63,798 nt of DNA, filler included, from Choristocarpus tenellus KU-1152 (GCA_964200185.2; 14 parts of 14 records of this genome joined end to end with filler, not necessarily neighbours in it); one strand, 5' to 3'; positions 1 through 13,745 are shown, counted from the first letter of the whole stretch. Notes: a model not told the origin generated them from the letters alone. Numbers and translations are program-made.

Positions 1-3000
1 CTGATATGGGAAAGAGAGACAGGGTTGGGGGGTCAGGGGCATCACGGGCTTGGGTAGGAAGGACTTGGCGACGGCATGGGCGTAAGTCAGTGTTGAGGGT
101 TAACCCTGACAGGCTCGTGCTGGAGAGAATTGATGCCAGGGGGATCGATGATACAGTTGAGGTGCTTTAGGTTGGCTCTAGAGTATCTCATTGGATTTGA
201 GGGGGGGGCTCATGATTGAGTTTGTAGTAAGAGTGACCTTTCTTTCAATCTTGCTGTGTTGTAGTGTGCTTCTGGATGATGGGAGGTTGGGGGCAGTTCA
301 ATATGGTGTGACGTTAGATAGAGTTTTTGAGAAGGTGTTGCATTGGAAACAGGAGGAACTCTACAGGGCCACATGATCACAGATGTTTTCTTTCTCATAG
401 CAGATACAGTGCTTCAAAGGTTTTTGCCAGGTATGTAAACGTTTTTTGTTGTTGTTCATGAATGAAACCTCCTCAGGTTTCCTAAAAGCAGCGTTTGCCA
501 ACCTGTCTCTCGTGTCATTCGCCAAGCAATGGAATCAAATGTGCCTTTAAAGTTTCTTTTACCTGAACCTGATTGGAATATGATCCGTTCCACTCAAGTG
601 TGTGTGAACCAATTGTTTGGTGTTACCAACTTAAGCACAATCTCTGAGCTGTCCATTGTTCCGTTCACCCACAATACATTAATGTGAAATAGAAGAAGCT
701 ACTAATAATGATTCATCCTTTTCATTTTAGTAGTGGGGAACGGGATCGTGCTTGGCCTCAGGTTTGAGGGACTAGGAGTCGTTCAAATGTTTCCAATACC
801 CTGACATCGCATAATGCACTAGGATGCAGGCTCTACGGTAACTATAATCTCACCTTATGTCACTACTTCCTCACAATGACACCGTTGTATATTTTTTCTA
901 GTCAGTGCTACTTCCAGGGTCGGTGGGTTTTGTGATCACTAATGCCCATTGATGCACCATGTTCCTTGATATAGTTTTTTGAGCAAGGACACACTAGTGA
1001 GGGGTGTGTGTCCTGTTGGAGTTTAATTCTGCAGTGTACAAGTAGAATATTTGTAGTATTTTATGTAGTAGTATTTGGAGCGTTTTCCCCATCTTTTTCC
1101 ATGCTGATGTGGTCAGCATGGATGGGTGACGGCGTGCCAGTAAGTGATGGAAAGGGGGTATTATGTGGTATGCAAACAAAAGTGATAAACATATATTTAT
1201 CAACTGATCTAGGATTATACTCCGGATTAGCAGCATAGACGTCAATATTTCACATTCCAATAGTACTCGAATCATCTTCAATGACCCTGTTGTTCTTCCT
1301 TAGGGATATTGGCATAACAACTCAATATTACAGTTTATCATGTAACACGTAAGCATATTCTGTGTCCAACTACATACCGTCACATCCATTGCACTTTTGG
1401 AGAGGGGTAGGAGGCAGGTAGGTATTATATTACAAACATGTGGTTCATTTATCTCGCCACATACATATATATACACACATGAAGAGGGTCTGCTTTCACC
1501 TAACTGTCATTTATCGTCTCATTTGTTATTTTGGTGAGGGCAAAACCAAAGGATATTTCACACTCAATCAACTGCTTGAAATGTTGTGTATGTATGGAAT
1601 GGTAGAGCTCTCTCTATGTAGTACCACAATGATACTGTGAATATAAGTATCCTCAACAATACAAGTCTCTTAAAACTTTGGTATGAGGGTTAGAAATCGT
1701 AGTCCACATCATATGTTGGCTATATCTTGCTTGATTTAAGTTAGTATATGCAGCATCTTCATTATTGTTGTTTGGAAATGATAAGCAACACATTATCCCT
1801 TTTGAAACTTCCACAATACATACTCGTGTTGTATTGGAGGTGTAGGTCCCTAAAGGTCTACACTTTGGGGCTGTGCAAAGTTTATGTTTTGAAATATCAA
1901 CAGATAAAAAATACTTCGCAACAATTAATTCAAATATTATTTTGTTATTGTCAAAAAATCATCTGGCATGCATGGTCGGAGTAAGTGGTATTGTTATATC
2001 GTAATAAGAGTATGAAGCATGTCGTTTGATCCAATGATTGGAGTTGTGGAATCATCGATAGGTGGATGAACAATCTAACCTTGACTTTAGGACTATTTGG
2101 AAGTTCAGAAGTAGTAGAGGATGTAATGAAGTACTTCAGAGAGAGATCTGACCATCAAAATGGAACAAATATTATGTGCACAACGATATTTGTGATTTAT
2201 TCGGAGAGAACAACCATGTACGAATCTTAAGTTGTGATTTAATGGGAACAATTATATGTACATATCTTACATTGTTAAAATTGGAGAGGAAAGAACTATG
2301 TAGAAGTCTTAGATTACTACCAAAATTTCAGATAATACTCCGTTCCCTTATTCTATCGGTAGCATAAAAGAAACACTCCTCCTTCTAAACTAACACACTA
2401 TAGACGACGCCCTATTATGACGTCTGTTGATATAGATGACAGAAGAAATTGGTTAAATGCCTGAATTTGTGTGAAACAACAAACAAAAATAAATTTATAC
2501 AAGGAAACCTACTCTCCTTCTGTTTGTCCTTTTTGTTGACTATTTTTTTGAATTGTAAACCACGTGTCGGACAATTGTCTAGATATGGAAAACAACTCAT
2601 TGTTGTCTTGATCGTTGGTGTGAAAACCAACTGAAGAATTCAGGTTATTTTTGAACTTACTGCAAATTCCGTATGTTTGTATTTGAAGTCGATGGTGGAA
2701 GACACACACGAACTCGCTCTAAAAAACCGAACACTACCGGACAACGTCTTACGATAAAAAGATTGGTGTGACCCTTTCGCATCACAACAAACCTGTTTTC
2801 TTCCTGGCTTTGATCCAGATTGGGTTTGACCGGGCAATGAGCTCAGTGGAAAGCCCCGAGCCTTTGTTCGAGAAAACAAAAAGTCGTGGTAAGAACTCGG
2901 ACCAACTGAGTAGTTGAACACAGGAAAGGACATGGATCTGAGCGCACCTCCGTCTCACTCACCCCTATCTTACAGACAATCCGCCTTCCTATTGATGACT

Positions 3001-3147
3001 GTGTTCAGACCTAGATTTGCCCAAAGAGTAACCCATCACTTACTCTTCATTTTCTTGAATCTATGCTGCTAGCATAAATCAGCCTAACTCCTCCGGCTCA
3101 TGGTGCCATGAGGTCAATCACTGTGTGTTCACGTTCGGTCCATGCAG

Positions 3148-6100
3148 GTGATGATGGTCTCTACAAAACATACATGCTATCGACATCAAGAAACAATGTA
3201 ACGCCGGACCCTGACTTGGCTCAAGTGCTCTTGGATCAGGCCACCATAAAGTCGAACGATCCAATCGACGTGTCGGTGTATGGAGTGGTGAGCACATGCT
3301 TAACTTACTCAGACCCTCTAAATGACGAGATTTTTTAGTGAGTCTCGTTTCAAATCCAAATCTCACACAATGGCTTCAGGTGCGTTTAAGACAAAAAAAA
3401 GCAACTTTGAGAACAGGCCTTCGCCCTGCACTTCTACTTTACAACGTTTAAGACATACTCGTAGTTGTAAATCACAAATTGCATTCTCTGTACGACATAA
3501 TTATATCTACTGCACAGTCATACATCTTAAGCATCGCCGAATCACTCATACTTCAAGCGACCGTTAACCACTTTCACTCTCCAGGATGCACCGCAAGTCT
3601 GCTGCTTGGCCAGGCTCCTGTCCCATCCCCATTGCCGAATCCGTGCACTGTCTCTTCCAGGAGCTACCTTCACTTCTGAGTCGTCCATGTGTGCCAGCCA
3701 CATGTACAAGGTTCTCGCCAAGCAGTCTACTCTCACCAGACTGGACCTAAAAGGGGCTAATCTGGGAGACAAGGTCGGGAACCTCTCAAACATTGACTTG
3801 CCATCCTTCCCGTAAACAAGTTCACCTACAGATGACCTGTCCCACAACAGGTTCCCTTGATGGGTATGAACTTTGTCAGAGTCCTATAGTGTGTATACTT
3901 CGAAGCATCTTTTCTGGTGAATCTGACAGAGGGCCTCTCAGATACCTTTCCCAAAAACTTCTTTCATTCTCATTCTTCTTGAAGAGGAAGAAAAATGATG
4001 CTCAACACCATAAGATTTATGGTACAAAGGGAAGGGCTTTCCAAGAACATCTGTTTGAACAGCACACCAAGAAGTGGACATTAGAACCACCGATCACAGG
4101 TTAACACACCTCAGCTTACCCAATAGCAAATTGGAACGATCACTCTTTACAAAACTCATGATACTCATCCTAAGTTATCACATTTCCTTTCAATTCAGCC
4201 AAGGAAGCTTCTTTGCTCAGAGATGCCCTTCATAATCTTCTTGCAAGCCAACCCCAAAATACCCATACTACACTTTTTGAGTTCCTTCCTCGAGTGAATC
4301 ATGATCCCTTCCCTAATTCTCCGGCTTTTCCACTTCTGGTGTTGCAATCATCCTTCGTTGTTGAGCCCTGCTGATAAGGAAGCAACAGGACTAGCAAATA
4401 TGCTGTTCCCTGCCATGGCTGAGAGGAGTCCAGTAGGGAGAGATGCTCATCAGCGGACAACTCTGACTAGACTGGAGCATCTTTGCCTGGACGATACACA
4501 AATAACAGGGCACGGCCTGAAAGTCATAATCGATGCTATTTTGAAATATGTGACATCTCTCAGGTCTGATGGCACTCGCAACCACCATCCCAAGCATCAA
4601 AACTTGCTATGCCTAAGTAGAGGGTGCACTGTGTAAATTTTATTGTTGTTCGACATTGATGGAACTCTTGCTACGTTTGTTGTTGCAAAGCAGAAATGAG
4701 CAAGAAGCTGGACTAACTTACACTATCCCTGTCCATTCAATCTATACATCAAATACTTGTAAGTTGTTGAGTTTTTCTTCCACTATCTGGATGGGACTAG
4801 TGTGTCACTATTTCTGTGGCGGGATGCAGGAGACTATCTTGCAGGGTGCTTGGTGTATGTACTTGCATTTCAAGAGCCACACTCATGGCTTGAATCACAT
4901 CTCCGTACTGGCTGACATCATATACAACAGTAAATTTTCTTCATCAAGGCTTTGCAGGTGGTACTTTATGGCTGCCAAAGGCTTAAGCTAAAGGGATCAC
5001 ATGTGTCCTATGTTGATGTCTTAACTGTCTTACTCTTCTTTGTCACAAACTTGAAAGCTGCTGGATTGTATTGTGTGCCACCCACCCACAAATAAAGATT
5101 GGCCTAGAGCTCCAGAGCTCTTCAGAGCAATTCATTTTGAGTGTTTTGATTGCATTCAGTTGTGGAAGAACTAGATATTGATGGCATAGTAGTTCTTCAC
5201 TACTTATGCTTCTCGACTAGGCCCTGACATTTCATTGAGGCTCAACTCTGGCTTTGCACGGCTGGACCCGATTTGTCCTTATGAGTGTGGGAGCCCTGGT
5301 TTTCCACAAAATTTGTTCAATCTATGCTCTACCTCCAGATTCGTATACGATTTTGCGAAAAGTTGGTCAAACACTCCAGTGGCAAAGGGCAATACACCTA
5401 TTGTTAGGTTTAAGGTTACACACTATGAAGGAATTATGAAGTAGCAAGCCTGGCATGAGACTAGGACTGGCAGCTCTGTTCAGCTCTGGCTACAGAGCTC
5501 ACAGCCAGTTCGTACAAAATCGAGTTTGTTGGAATGCATTGTGCCCCTGACAATGATATCACCAACCCTGTAAGCAAGATACACTCATAACAATCCTTTC
5601 CAGTGACCTGGCGGTTGAGAACAATTCAGTTTGGTGACCAGGAAATGAGATTGAATCTTCTCATGGGATTTACAATATACTTTGCTAGTCATATTCTTCA
5701 TCACATCTAGGGCTACTATCCCTCATTTAAGTACTCAGAATTTTACTATTGGCTAGAGTTGGTATCTGATGAGGCGGCAGTTGATCGTTTTTAAAGACAC
5801 TACGCAAGTTGTGAACAATGAAACTAATAGCGAGTATGGGTGGGAAAGCATAGGAATTCAGATGGGTCTCTTCACAAAACCCTAGCCTTGAGAGGAACAG
5901 CAATAATTGGTAAAATAGGAGAATCAAATTTATCGAGAAGGAGAGGTGTTTGGTCGTTTTGAGCATAAATGGACGCTTTTCAACTTTGTTCGAACAAGAT
6001 GAAAAAAATCGAAAAAGGCCGTTGATAAGTTTTTAACTTGTTTCTACAAACTCAATTTACGAAAGAAAAAAAAAGAGTCAAAATACACTCCACAGCTGTG

Positions 6101-6843
6101 GACTGTATCCTCTGAAAACATACATGCCACCTGAAAGTCAAGGAGGCCTTGAAAACCAGTAGCACCCATCTTTCAGATATACTTAAGCTAGGGAGATCAT
6201 TCCCATGATACCAAATACTTTGAACAACTCTGAGATTGAACTTTGCTTTCTACATGGGTATTTTGTACCGGATTCACATACCACCCTCTTGTGGGAACAA
6301 GTTCAGTTCTTAACCTCATGATTTGTATGATTAGACATTCCACAGACTGCAGACTGTTTCTCATGCTCCTACCCCAGGAGTTTCATTCCAACTTTTCTTG
6401 TCTGCCCTGGGTCCTATTGCCTTCCCTATGGAATGTGTTTTGATGTTCTGTCCCTAGATCACTGGAAGTTGCTGGCAACCACCTGGGGAAGGAGGTGGGA
6501 ATACCCCTCTCCAGAATGCTCCTTTCCCCAAACATGCGTGTGCAAGCTCTGCACCTGGGTAGGAACAATGTAGGAGATGTTGGGCTGGCGGCCATTGCTG
6601 GAGCAATTGCCATTGGGGGTACATCTAAAGGCAGTGACGATGGTGAAAAAGGCAACAAAGATGTAGCAGGTGGTGATATTGGAGGAATCGTGGGCATCAA
6701 CACGGGCCCTGACAGACCCAGAGGAAGATTCAATGGACGGGGCAGAGCTCGAAATGGTGGTAACGTGGAGGAACAAGGGACACTATGCTTGTCTGATGGA
6801 GAGGATGCATGCTCGGTACCTACGACAGTGCTGGGTGTGCTTG
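3148..6843 (+). CDS. RNI-like leucine-rich-repeat protein, partial, 4 exons
   Basis: Exons 3148-3287, 3585-3773, 4379-4563 and 6458-6843 have AG/GT boundaries and consistent phases (0, 0, 2). LRR motifs: LTRLDLKGANLGDK, LEHLCLDDTQITGHG, LRSLEVAGNHLGKE, VQALHLGRNNVGDVG. Start and end not identified. Confidence 0.8.
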
Positions 6844-6865
6844 GTAGGTCATTGCACCTAACATA

Positions 6866-6956
6866 GAGTGAAAGTATCTTAGAGGGTATGAATTTTTCCT
6901 TGTTTGTCCATTTGGGGCTTGGCTTCCCACCGCTTAGACTCAAAGTATCTGGGGGG
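6866..6956 (+). mobile_element. Left part of MITE family A (6866-6930) followed by a family B terminus (6937-6956)
   Basis: GAGTGAAAGTATCTTAGAGGGTA...GTCCATTTGGGGCTTGGCTTCCCA, then GACTCAAAGTATCTGGGGGG at the contig end. Starts 23 bp into an intron of the LRR gene. Confidence 0.85.
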
Positions 6957-7056
6957 NNNNNNNNNNNNNNNNNNNNNNNNNNNNNNNNNNNNNNNNNNNN
7001 TTAATTAATTAANNNNNNNNNNNNNNNNNNNNNNNNNNNNNNNNNNNNNNNNNNNN
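6957..7056. other. Artificial contig linker N44-TTAATTAATTAA-N44 (first of 13)
   Basis: Identical 100-bp spacer with stops in all six frames. Other copies: 9732-9831, 12779-12878, 16393-16492, 20322-20421, 26772-26871, 29692-29791, 33526-33625, 38956-39055, 49358-49457, 52281-52380, 57390-57489, 60811-60910. Confidence 0.99.
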
Positions 7057-8974
7057 CCCAGATACTTTGACCCAGATGAAACATGAAAACACTCCCAGTT
7101 GTTCCCCATATCTTTAATAGAACTCAGACACACATCCTATACCTGTAGTATGGTCCAAACATAGCCATCGTCGCCCTATCACTGCCATCCTTGCCCTCTC
7201 TTGACAGCTGTATGTTCCTCATTGTTGACAACTGCTGTGACCTCCTGTTGGCATTAAGGTCAGACAGAAATTGCTGTTCTCTGAAACTTCCTTTCATCCT
7301 TTGAGTATTGGACGAGGGGGGAGGGGTGGTCTAGTCTTGTTGAACTAGATGTGTTCTGCAAACAGATGGAACAAGTCGCCGCCAGAGAAAATATCTGGGG
7401 CTTAGAGAAAGAGAGAGATCCTTGGCTTGTTGTAGTCATCCATGGCAGTATCAACCTAACGTCTTGAGCACAACCCATTTTACTTGTCGAGGTAGTGATT
7501 AAGCAAAGCAATAGAAACATTGTTTCTTGTTCAATTCTACAAAGTTACACCCCTGTAGCTTCATTTTCGTGGGTGCGTAACTTACCACACTAGAGAAGTT
7601 TATCCAATTGTCCATGAATAGGTAAAAATATGGGATCACTTGCTCTAACATAAGGTGTAAGAGCGCAAATAGTAAGAAATTCCTGTTGAAGGTGAAGGTT
7701 TGTATTTTCTTGCAAATCACAAGGACATGTTTTTCTTAGAATTGGGGGTCTTGAAAGTATCCCAAATGTGGCTTTTCTAATATGACTTATGAGGGCGACA
7801 CCTTTAGAATAGCTGCTGTAATGGTAGAAGGAAGTTATGATGATTGAGGTATCCATGAGGGCTCTACTGACCAAGAAGAAACTAGAAAAACTCACGTACG
7901 TGTACTGTGTGATATACTAAGTCGTGAGCTAATCATCATATCCTGTGGTTTTACTTTCATAAGAAACAGAGCAAAAACAAGAATGGCGGCACAGTTCCCA
8001 AAACAACCAACTCTCAATCAGGATGGGAGCAGAGCAATTGCACTGACAACAGAGATGGCGCCCACTCTTGATATAGTTTTCAAAATATTTTATGATTGCT
8101 TTCTTCTTTCCATCTCTGTTGAGTGTTTGATATGGTGTAAGTATATAATCGGACCACTATCACCAAGCACACAATGCTCGGGACTTCTTTCTTTAAAGCC
8201 CCAATTACTATATCTGGGTCTATCGTTGATTAAAATTACAATCGGTTTCAAACACGAACTAACTCTAACTCTAAGTCTGATCATGACCCTCACCCTAAGC
8301 CCTTGAAGGTACACAACACTCTTGCTCTGCTCTCCCAGCAGAAAGAGACCTACACCATTGTGTAAAATGTATTGCCCAGCTCGGTCAGCAAATATTTTGT
8401 ATGGGAATTGTTATCACTGTTTGCTCGTGCCATAAAATTTTCAAAGTATTGGTTAGCAAACTCACATCCACTGCACCAATGTCATAAGGTGGAGTACCAT
8501 GGATATTCTTCCAGAAAGCTCAGGGTTCAGGGAACAGGGGAGGTGGCAAGACAACATTTACGTGTAGGCGGGTCTCTCAAAAACCTACTGTGGAGGAATA
8601 ATTGGTACCCAGTACTGAAATTGAACGTTGGGACTATGATTTAGACCACTTTGGTAAAACATTCTTGTAAGTAGTTTTTAATACATTCTTCTGCAGGATT
8701 CATGTGCTGCTCCTGTGAGACAGTATTTTACTGTTGAAAAGATGAACACACCATAAGAACACCTGAATAATCATAAGCTAAAATGGGAGTATGTCAAGGG
8801 AGGTCTAGTTTGCTGGTAAGTGACACGGAAATAGATATGAGCATTCAATGTGCTGCTAGAATCATTTCATCCCTTCCCATCCAGGGCATAAATCAAGGGG
8901 CAACATTATTGAAAACAGTAATTCTATTTGCCACACCAATGTTCCCCTTTGCCATGGTTGCCCATGTCCCACTT

Positions 8975-9195
8975 CTAATACTGTGAGCATTTTTTTCATC
9001 CCTTCATCATACCATGGGTCCTCCTCGAGCTTCTTGTCCCACTCCCTCCCCCGAACGTTGGTTGGTTCTGATTCTTTGCCACCCGAATGGAGCTGTTCCT
9101 TAGCAAAGGCACGAACACGCCCTTTCCAGTGGGCATGAGCCCTCTCATACTGCCGTGCCATGTCATCCGCATCCATTGGGTGCAGTGTCTCTCTT
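8975..9195 (-). CDS. Possible isolated exon of a hypothetical protein
   Basis: Protein-like stretch ETLHPMDADDMARQYERAHAHWKGRVRAFAKEQL...EEDPWYDEGMKKMLTVLE inside ORF 8862-9317, downstream of a pyrimidine-rich tract. Boundaries approximate; no family recognised. Confidence 0.3.
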
Positions 9196-9915
9196 CCTCC
9201 AGAGGGAAAGGATGATAAGGATGGATGTAGGCAAGAGGACGAGGTACAAGGGGAGAGGTATGCACCACGGCCCCCCTGAAGGGGTTGAAGGGAGGGGAAT
9301 GAAGAACACGAAAACAAACCTAGAGGCGGATAGGTATGAGAATGGAAGAGTATTTGATGGAGGATAAGGTGGAACGGGTGAAGAACGTGAAAATCGAAGT
9401 GGACTGAAGGAGTTATATAGTGTGATGAACCATGTCAACAGTGCACTGATGGTTGAATGAAATGTGGTTTGTTCTCATCATCTGTGGAAGTCAGATTCTC
9501 TTGTTCTTGTGCTGGGAGGTTTAGTCTTCATTGACACCATGGCCAAATATGAACGATTGCACCACGATATCAGAGTGAAGGATTGCATTCCTCATGTATA
9601 TGACCATGCCGTGAGACAAGAAGTGACTCTACAGAAGTGCTTATTTCATTGAATACATGTTGAGTAGAATGGATGTGACTGCAGTCATATCAACATTACA
9701 GCTTCATGGGCAAAAGTATCTGGGGGGGGGGNNNNNNNNNNNNNNNNNNNNNNNNNNNNNNNNNNNNNNNNNNNNTTAATTAATTAANNNNNNNNNNNNN
9801 NNNNNNNNNNNNNNNNNNNNNNNNNNNNNNNCCTCACTATTTTCCTTTTTTGCACACGTACCCGGCCCTCACGATCAGGTGACCGAAAGTATCTGGGGGG
9901 GGGGGAGGGCTAGAG

Positions 9916-11387
9916 ATGTTGATCTCACTCAAGAGAGGAGGCGATGTCGATTGTGGAGGATCAATGTTTGACACTACTACATCAGTGGATGATACTGTAG
10001 CGAAGTGGACGCTTCCCCCTGAGGGGGTTGAAGTGAATTCCATTGTCCCAGGAGGGATTGTTGGGGGGAAGGGACCCACTCCAAAGATGGCACGGGAAGA
10101 TATTGATCCAGGAGGGTCAACAAGTACGAATGCAAGATTAGAGTCCCCATGTATGGATTTTGGGGTAGGGCGTTTGATGGCTGAGGACGTTGAACCAGGT
10201 TCGAGTTGGACTATGGATGAGTCCAGACAAAATGTTTCTAAGAAAGATCTGCTAAGTCCTGTGGTAGCAGGAAATGTTATAGGGTTGGTGAAGGAGAAAA
10301 GGGAGTTAGATGAACAGTCGAACACTGACATTGGTGATATATGGACCCAGTGTCACAGCAGGGGAGTATGAGGAGCAAAGTGCTACGACATGTGGATCCA
10401 AATAATGACCCTACATCTGAACCGGGCGAACTAATGGAGGAGTTACCTGGAATTGAGCGGGAATTGAAAATGCGAGAGGCAATGGAGTCGGAGGAGTGGC
10501 CTTCGTGGAATGGGGCTGTGGACGAGGAAATGGGCATACAAAACAGACATTCAAAGACTCAGTTTACTTACTCATTAAGTTGGGACTACATTTTCGACCG
10601 GGGCAGATGGATGAAAAAGGGAGAGTACAGAGGTCCAAGGCGGGAGTAGGACGATTGGAAGGAGAAAGAGAATGGAACAGGAGGGACCTGTTCCAGACAA
10701 CGACAGATCTATGATCGGTGGTATCTAAATGTGGGTATCAATCATGACAAGGTCTGATGTAGCATCAGCAGTATGGAGCCTAGCGATGCAGTTTGTGAAT
10801 CCCACAATGACGGAATGGAATGGGGCTGAAAGAGTAATTGCTTTTTTATTGAGGACATGTAAGAGGGGTTTGACTTTTGGTGATTTCAGTTTTTTTTTAC
10901 GGGAATGCACCTAGGGACCAATTCATTGGCTATGCTGATGCAGACTACGCCAATTGTGTGATTTCAAGATTTTCTGTGTCTGGTGGTGTGGTAATGCTTG
11001 GGGGTGCATGTGTAAGCTGGTGGTCAAAAACGTATAAAACTGTTGCTTTATCTACTACTGAGGCTGAGTATGTGTCTTTGTGTGATTTGGCAAGGAGGTT
11101 ATGTTTTTGCCGCAAGTCCAATTTTTTTGGAGCCAACTATGCACAAGTATTGTGTACGATTGCTTGAAGACAATAGTGGGGCAATCAAGTTGGCTGAGAA
11201 GACAGCTTCGGGGGGTGGAATAAAACATATAGATATTAGATATCATTATATTAGAAACTTGGTGAAGGAGGGGAAGGCACAGATTGCCTATGTAAATTCC
11301 GGTGAACAACATGGAGATTTGTTCAGGAAGGCTTTGAGTGGTAATGTGTTTGAATTCCACACTAGAACTATCATGCACTGTGGGTAA
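9916..11387 (+). mobile_element. Degenerate Ty1/copia pol (RT flanks and RNase H), frameshifted, RT core missing
   Basis: EAMESEEW..W..AVDEEM (start of RT region), MWVSIMTRSDVASAV (TRPDI-like), GYADADYA, SVSGGVVMLGGACVSWWSK, VALSTTEAEYVSL, EDNSGAIKLA, KHIDIRYHYIR. The motifs are split over several frames. Confidence 0.93.
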
Positions 11388-11521
11388 GGGGTAGTGTGCA
11401 GATTGAGTTCATTGGATTCATAATCCATTGACAGAGCAGCGGAGTGTGTCAAGATTTTGCTTGTCCATGTGTGGGAATAAGATTCGAGGTGTGCAGATTG
11501 AGTTGATTTCAAGTTGGGATT

Positions 11522-11779
11522 GGGTGAAAGTATCTTAAAGGGTACGAGTTTTGCCCTGTTTGTCCAGTTGGGACTTGGCTTCCCATGTTTTGTTTTTTTA
11601 CATTTTCCAACTCCGAAATATTTCAGAGTAGGTGAAATGTATACGTTATTAAAAGCTGTGTTCGGAAAATGGTTATTGACATCTCCTAACAAACATGATA
11701 GCCAAAATTACATCAAAATTGCAATATTGGATTTTGCTCCCAAATGGACACGGCTCTACCCTCTAAGATACTTTGACTC
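11522..11779 (+). mobile_element. MITE family A (258 bp)
   Basis: TIRs GGGTGAAAGTATCTTAAAGGGTA / TACCCTCTAAGATACTTTGACTC. Flanks att/aat (imperfect TSD). Inserted in the copia 3' region. Confidence 0.92.
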
Positions 11780-11816
11780 AATTAATGTTGGACTGATTTG
11801 ATTCCCATCGCATAGT

Positions 11817-11870
11817 CAGAGCAGGGGAGTGTGTCAAGATTTTGCTTGACCATTTGTGAGAATATGATTT
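11817..11870 (+). mobile_element. Putative copia polypurine tract and 3' LTR start
   Basis: AGAGCAGGGGAG is followed by TGTGTCAAG downstream of RNase H. A second diverged copy lies at 11432-11484. LTR right end not defined. Confidence 0.55.
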
Positions 11871-12098
11871 TAAGTAATATTTTATGTACGGACAGACAAT
11901 GATGCGGGGCATTAAGGATATTTAGGCGGGGTATTTGACCAGAAATAATTGGTGGAATGTTAGAGTCGGAGTGTTTCTAACGTGTACTAGAGAATTGTTG
12001 AGTCATTTGGTATTCTGAGTCATTTACTGTAAGGCTTGGTGAGCCCCATCTAGTGATGGTGTCTCACTCTCTTCTCAACTGTGATACAAGCTAATAAA

Positions 12099-12356
12099 GA
12101 GTGAAAGTATCTTGGAGGGTACGAGTTTTTCCCTGTTTGTCCATTTGGGGCTTGACTTCCCACGCGTTTATAATGACATTTTACCTGCTCCAAAATGTTT
12201 CGGAGTAGGTAAAATGTGTAAGGTATGAAAATGTGTATCTGGAACAAGGATATTGACATCTCCTAGCAAACATGATAGCCAAAATTGGATCAAAATTGCA
12301 GCATTGGATTTTGACCCCAAATGGACGCGGCACTACCCTCTAAGATACTTTGACTC
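12099..12356 (+). mobile_element. MITE family A (258 bp)
   Basis: GAGTGAAAGTATCTTGGAGGGTA...TACCCTCTAAGATACTTTGACTC with 3-bp TSD aaa/aaa. Confidence 0.93.
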
Positions 12357-12427
12357 AAACAATAATATATTTCTGGTTGTGTGGGACAACAGATCGTCAA
12401 GGACGGCTTAACAATATATATATACAA

Positions 12428-12560
12428 CTATGAAAGGCATGTCCGGAGCAAGGATATTCTCACTTGCTAACAAAAATGATAGCCGAAATTCATCAAAATC
12501 GCAACATTGGATTTTTGATCCTGAGTAGATGTGGCCGTACCCTCTTAAATGTTTTGACTC
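12428..12560 (+). mobile_element. 5'-truncated MITE family A fragment
   Basis: Matches the right half of A (CATCAAAATCGCAACATTGGATTTT...TACCCTCTTAAATGTTTTGACTC). Confidence 0.8.
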
Positions 12561-13234
12561 TCTAATCAACCTCTTAGCATCGAGAACTGGACTCTGTGAG
12601 AGTTGAAGCATAGATAGCTGTTAAAACATAGGCTACTCATGTGTTCCTGGTTGATATGATACAGATCTACCAGCTTGTACTGACTGCTGGTTGGTGCACT
12701 GCACTGGTTGTTAGTGTTCATTTATTTATTGCGCATTCCAACTCATCATCACATCGATGACAGTAGATAGAAGTATAGNNNNNNNNNNNNNNNNNNNNNN
12801 NNNNNNNNNNNNNNNNNNNNNNTTAATTAATTAANNNNNNNNNNNNNNNNNNNNNNNNNNNNNNNNNNNNNNNNNNNNGTGTAACAAACGTTTGCACTTC
12901 GTTGAAATATAAGAAGAAATACTCGCTCTAATCGCCTGTAACAGTACATGGTAGTACAGGTGTACAATGCGTTGTGATTCCCATCGAAAATAACATCAGC
13001 AAAACCAGACTTTCATGAGAAGGTATGTCATCGAAGGGGCTCGAACCCACAAAAGCAACGTCGGCCACCACCATGTTGCCCCACAATCCTCAAAAACGGT
13101 ATGTGTTATATGATTGAGTGACTTCTTAGTTGTGCCAATTCAATTGAAGTTATAGGTAGGAGGAACGATAAAAAATAATATGTTGAAATTATTATATACT
13201 TTTAGTATAGGAAAGGAAACGACGACATCCTTGT

Positions 13235-13745
13235 CATATTTTATTATGTTGCCCTCTGACATTTTTGCATAGTCATATCATAGTGTTGAAAGTAGTGCAA
13301 TTTCATCATCTAAGAAGAAGGATTAAAAAAAAGTTAGTTGAATTATGATAGACTTTTGATGTGGTGGTGGGTGCAAAAAGTCGCTCACCTACATTACATG
13401 TAACCAACATATGGCAAGAACACCACCACATCTTGAATTGTGTTCTTCCTCTATCAATTTGGAATGATCTTTGTTCAGTCCTTTCCTGGTATGGGAAACT
13501 TTTGTCAATCAACATAAGCGAGAGAGAAATCAACACTCTGAAGACAACCATTTCATCCATAGAAGTATGGGCGAATTGAAAAAAAATGAAAAACTGTCTT
13601 TAATTCCAAAACGATAGAAAAAAACGGATACCTCTCGATTACTTTGTATATATTATGATGGGTGTTAGTACATTACTCCCTTACCATGATATATATGTAC
13701 CCTGACACATCTGCAAAATGTCAGAGGGCATAATAATAAAATATG
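13235..13745. repeat. ~510-bp segment bounded by imperfect ~34-bp inverted repeats (possible old MITE, family E)
   Basis: CATATTTTATTATGTTGCCCTCTGACATTTTTGCA (13235-13269) versus TGCAAAATGTCAGAGGGCATAATAATAAAATATG (13712-13745). Related sequence at ~24858-24985. Confidence 0.55.

Noticed and set aside
1-2400. Possible decayed Penelope/LINE RT on the minus strand (GASMG, TKPTD words)
   Set aside because: Only isolated short words, with no continuous frame or catalytic motif.
5239-5528. Possible additional MITE in the LRR intron (weak inverted similarity at the ends)
   Set aside because: The inverted match is too poor, there is no TSD, and no second copy was seen.
11514-11801. Recurring short ORFs such as MGSQAPNGQTGKNSYPLRYFHS in many places
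   Set aside because: They are incidental translations of MITE A. Frames and stops are not conserved between copies.
13025-13082. tRNA or SINE on the minus strand (GTGGGTTCGAGCCCC B-box-like)
   Set aside because: No cloverleaf, no convincing A box, and no second copy in the window.
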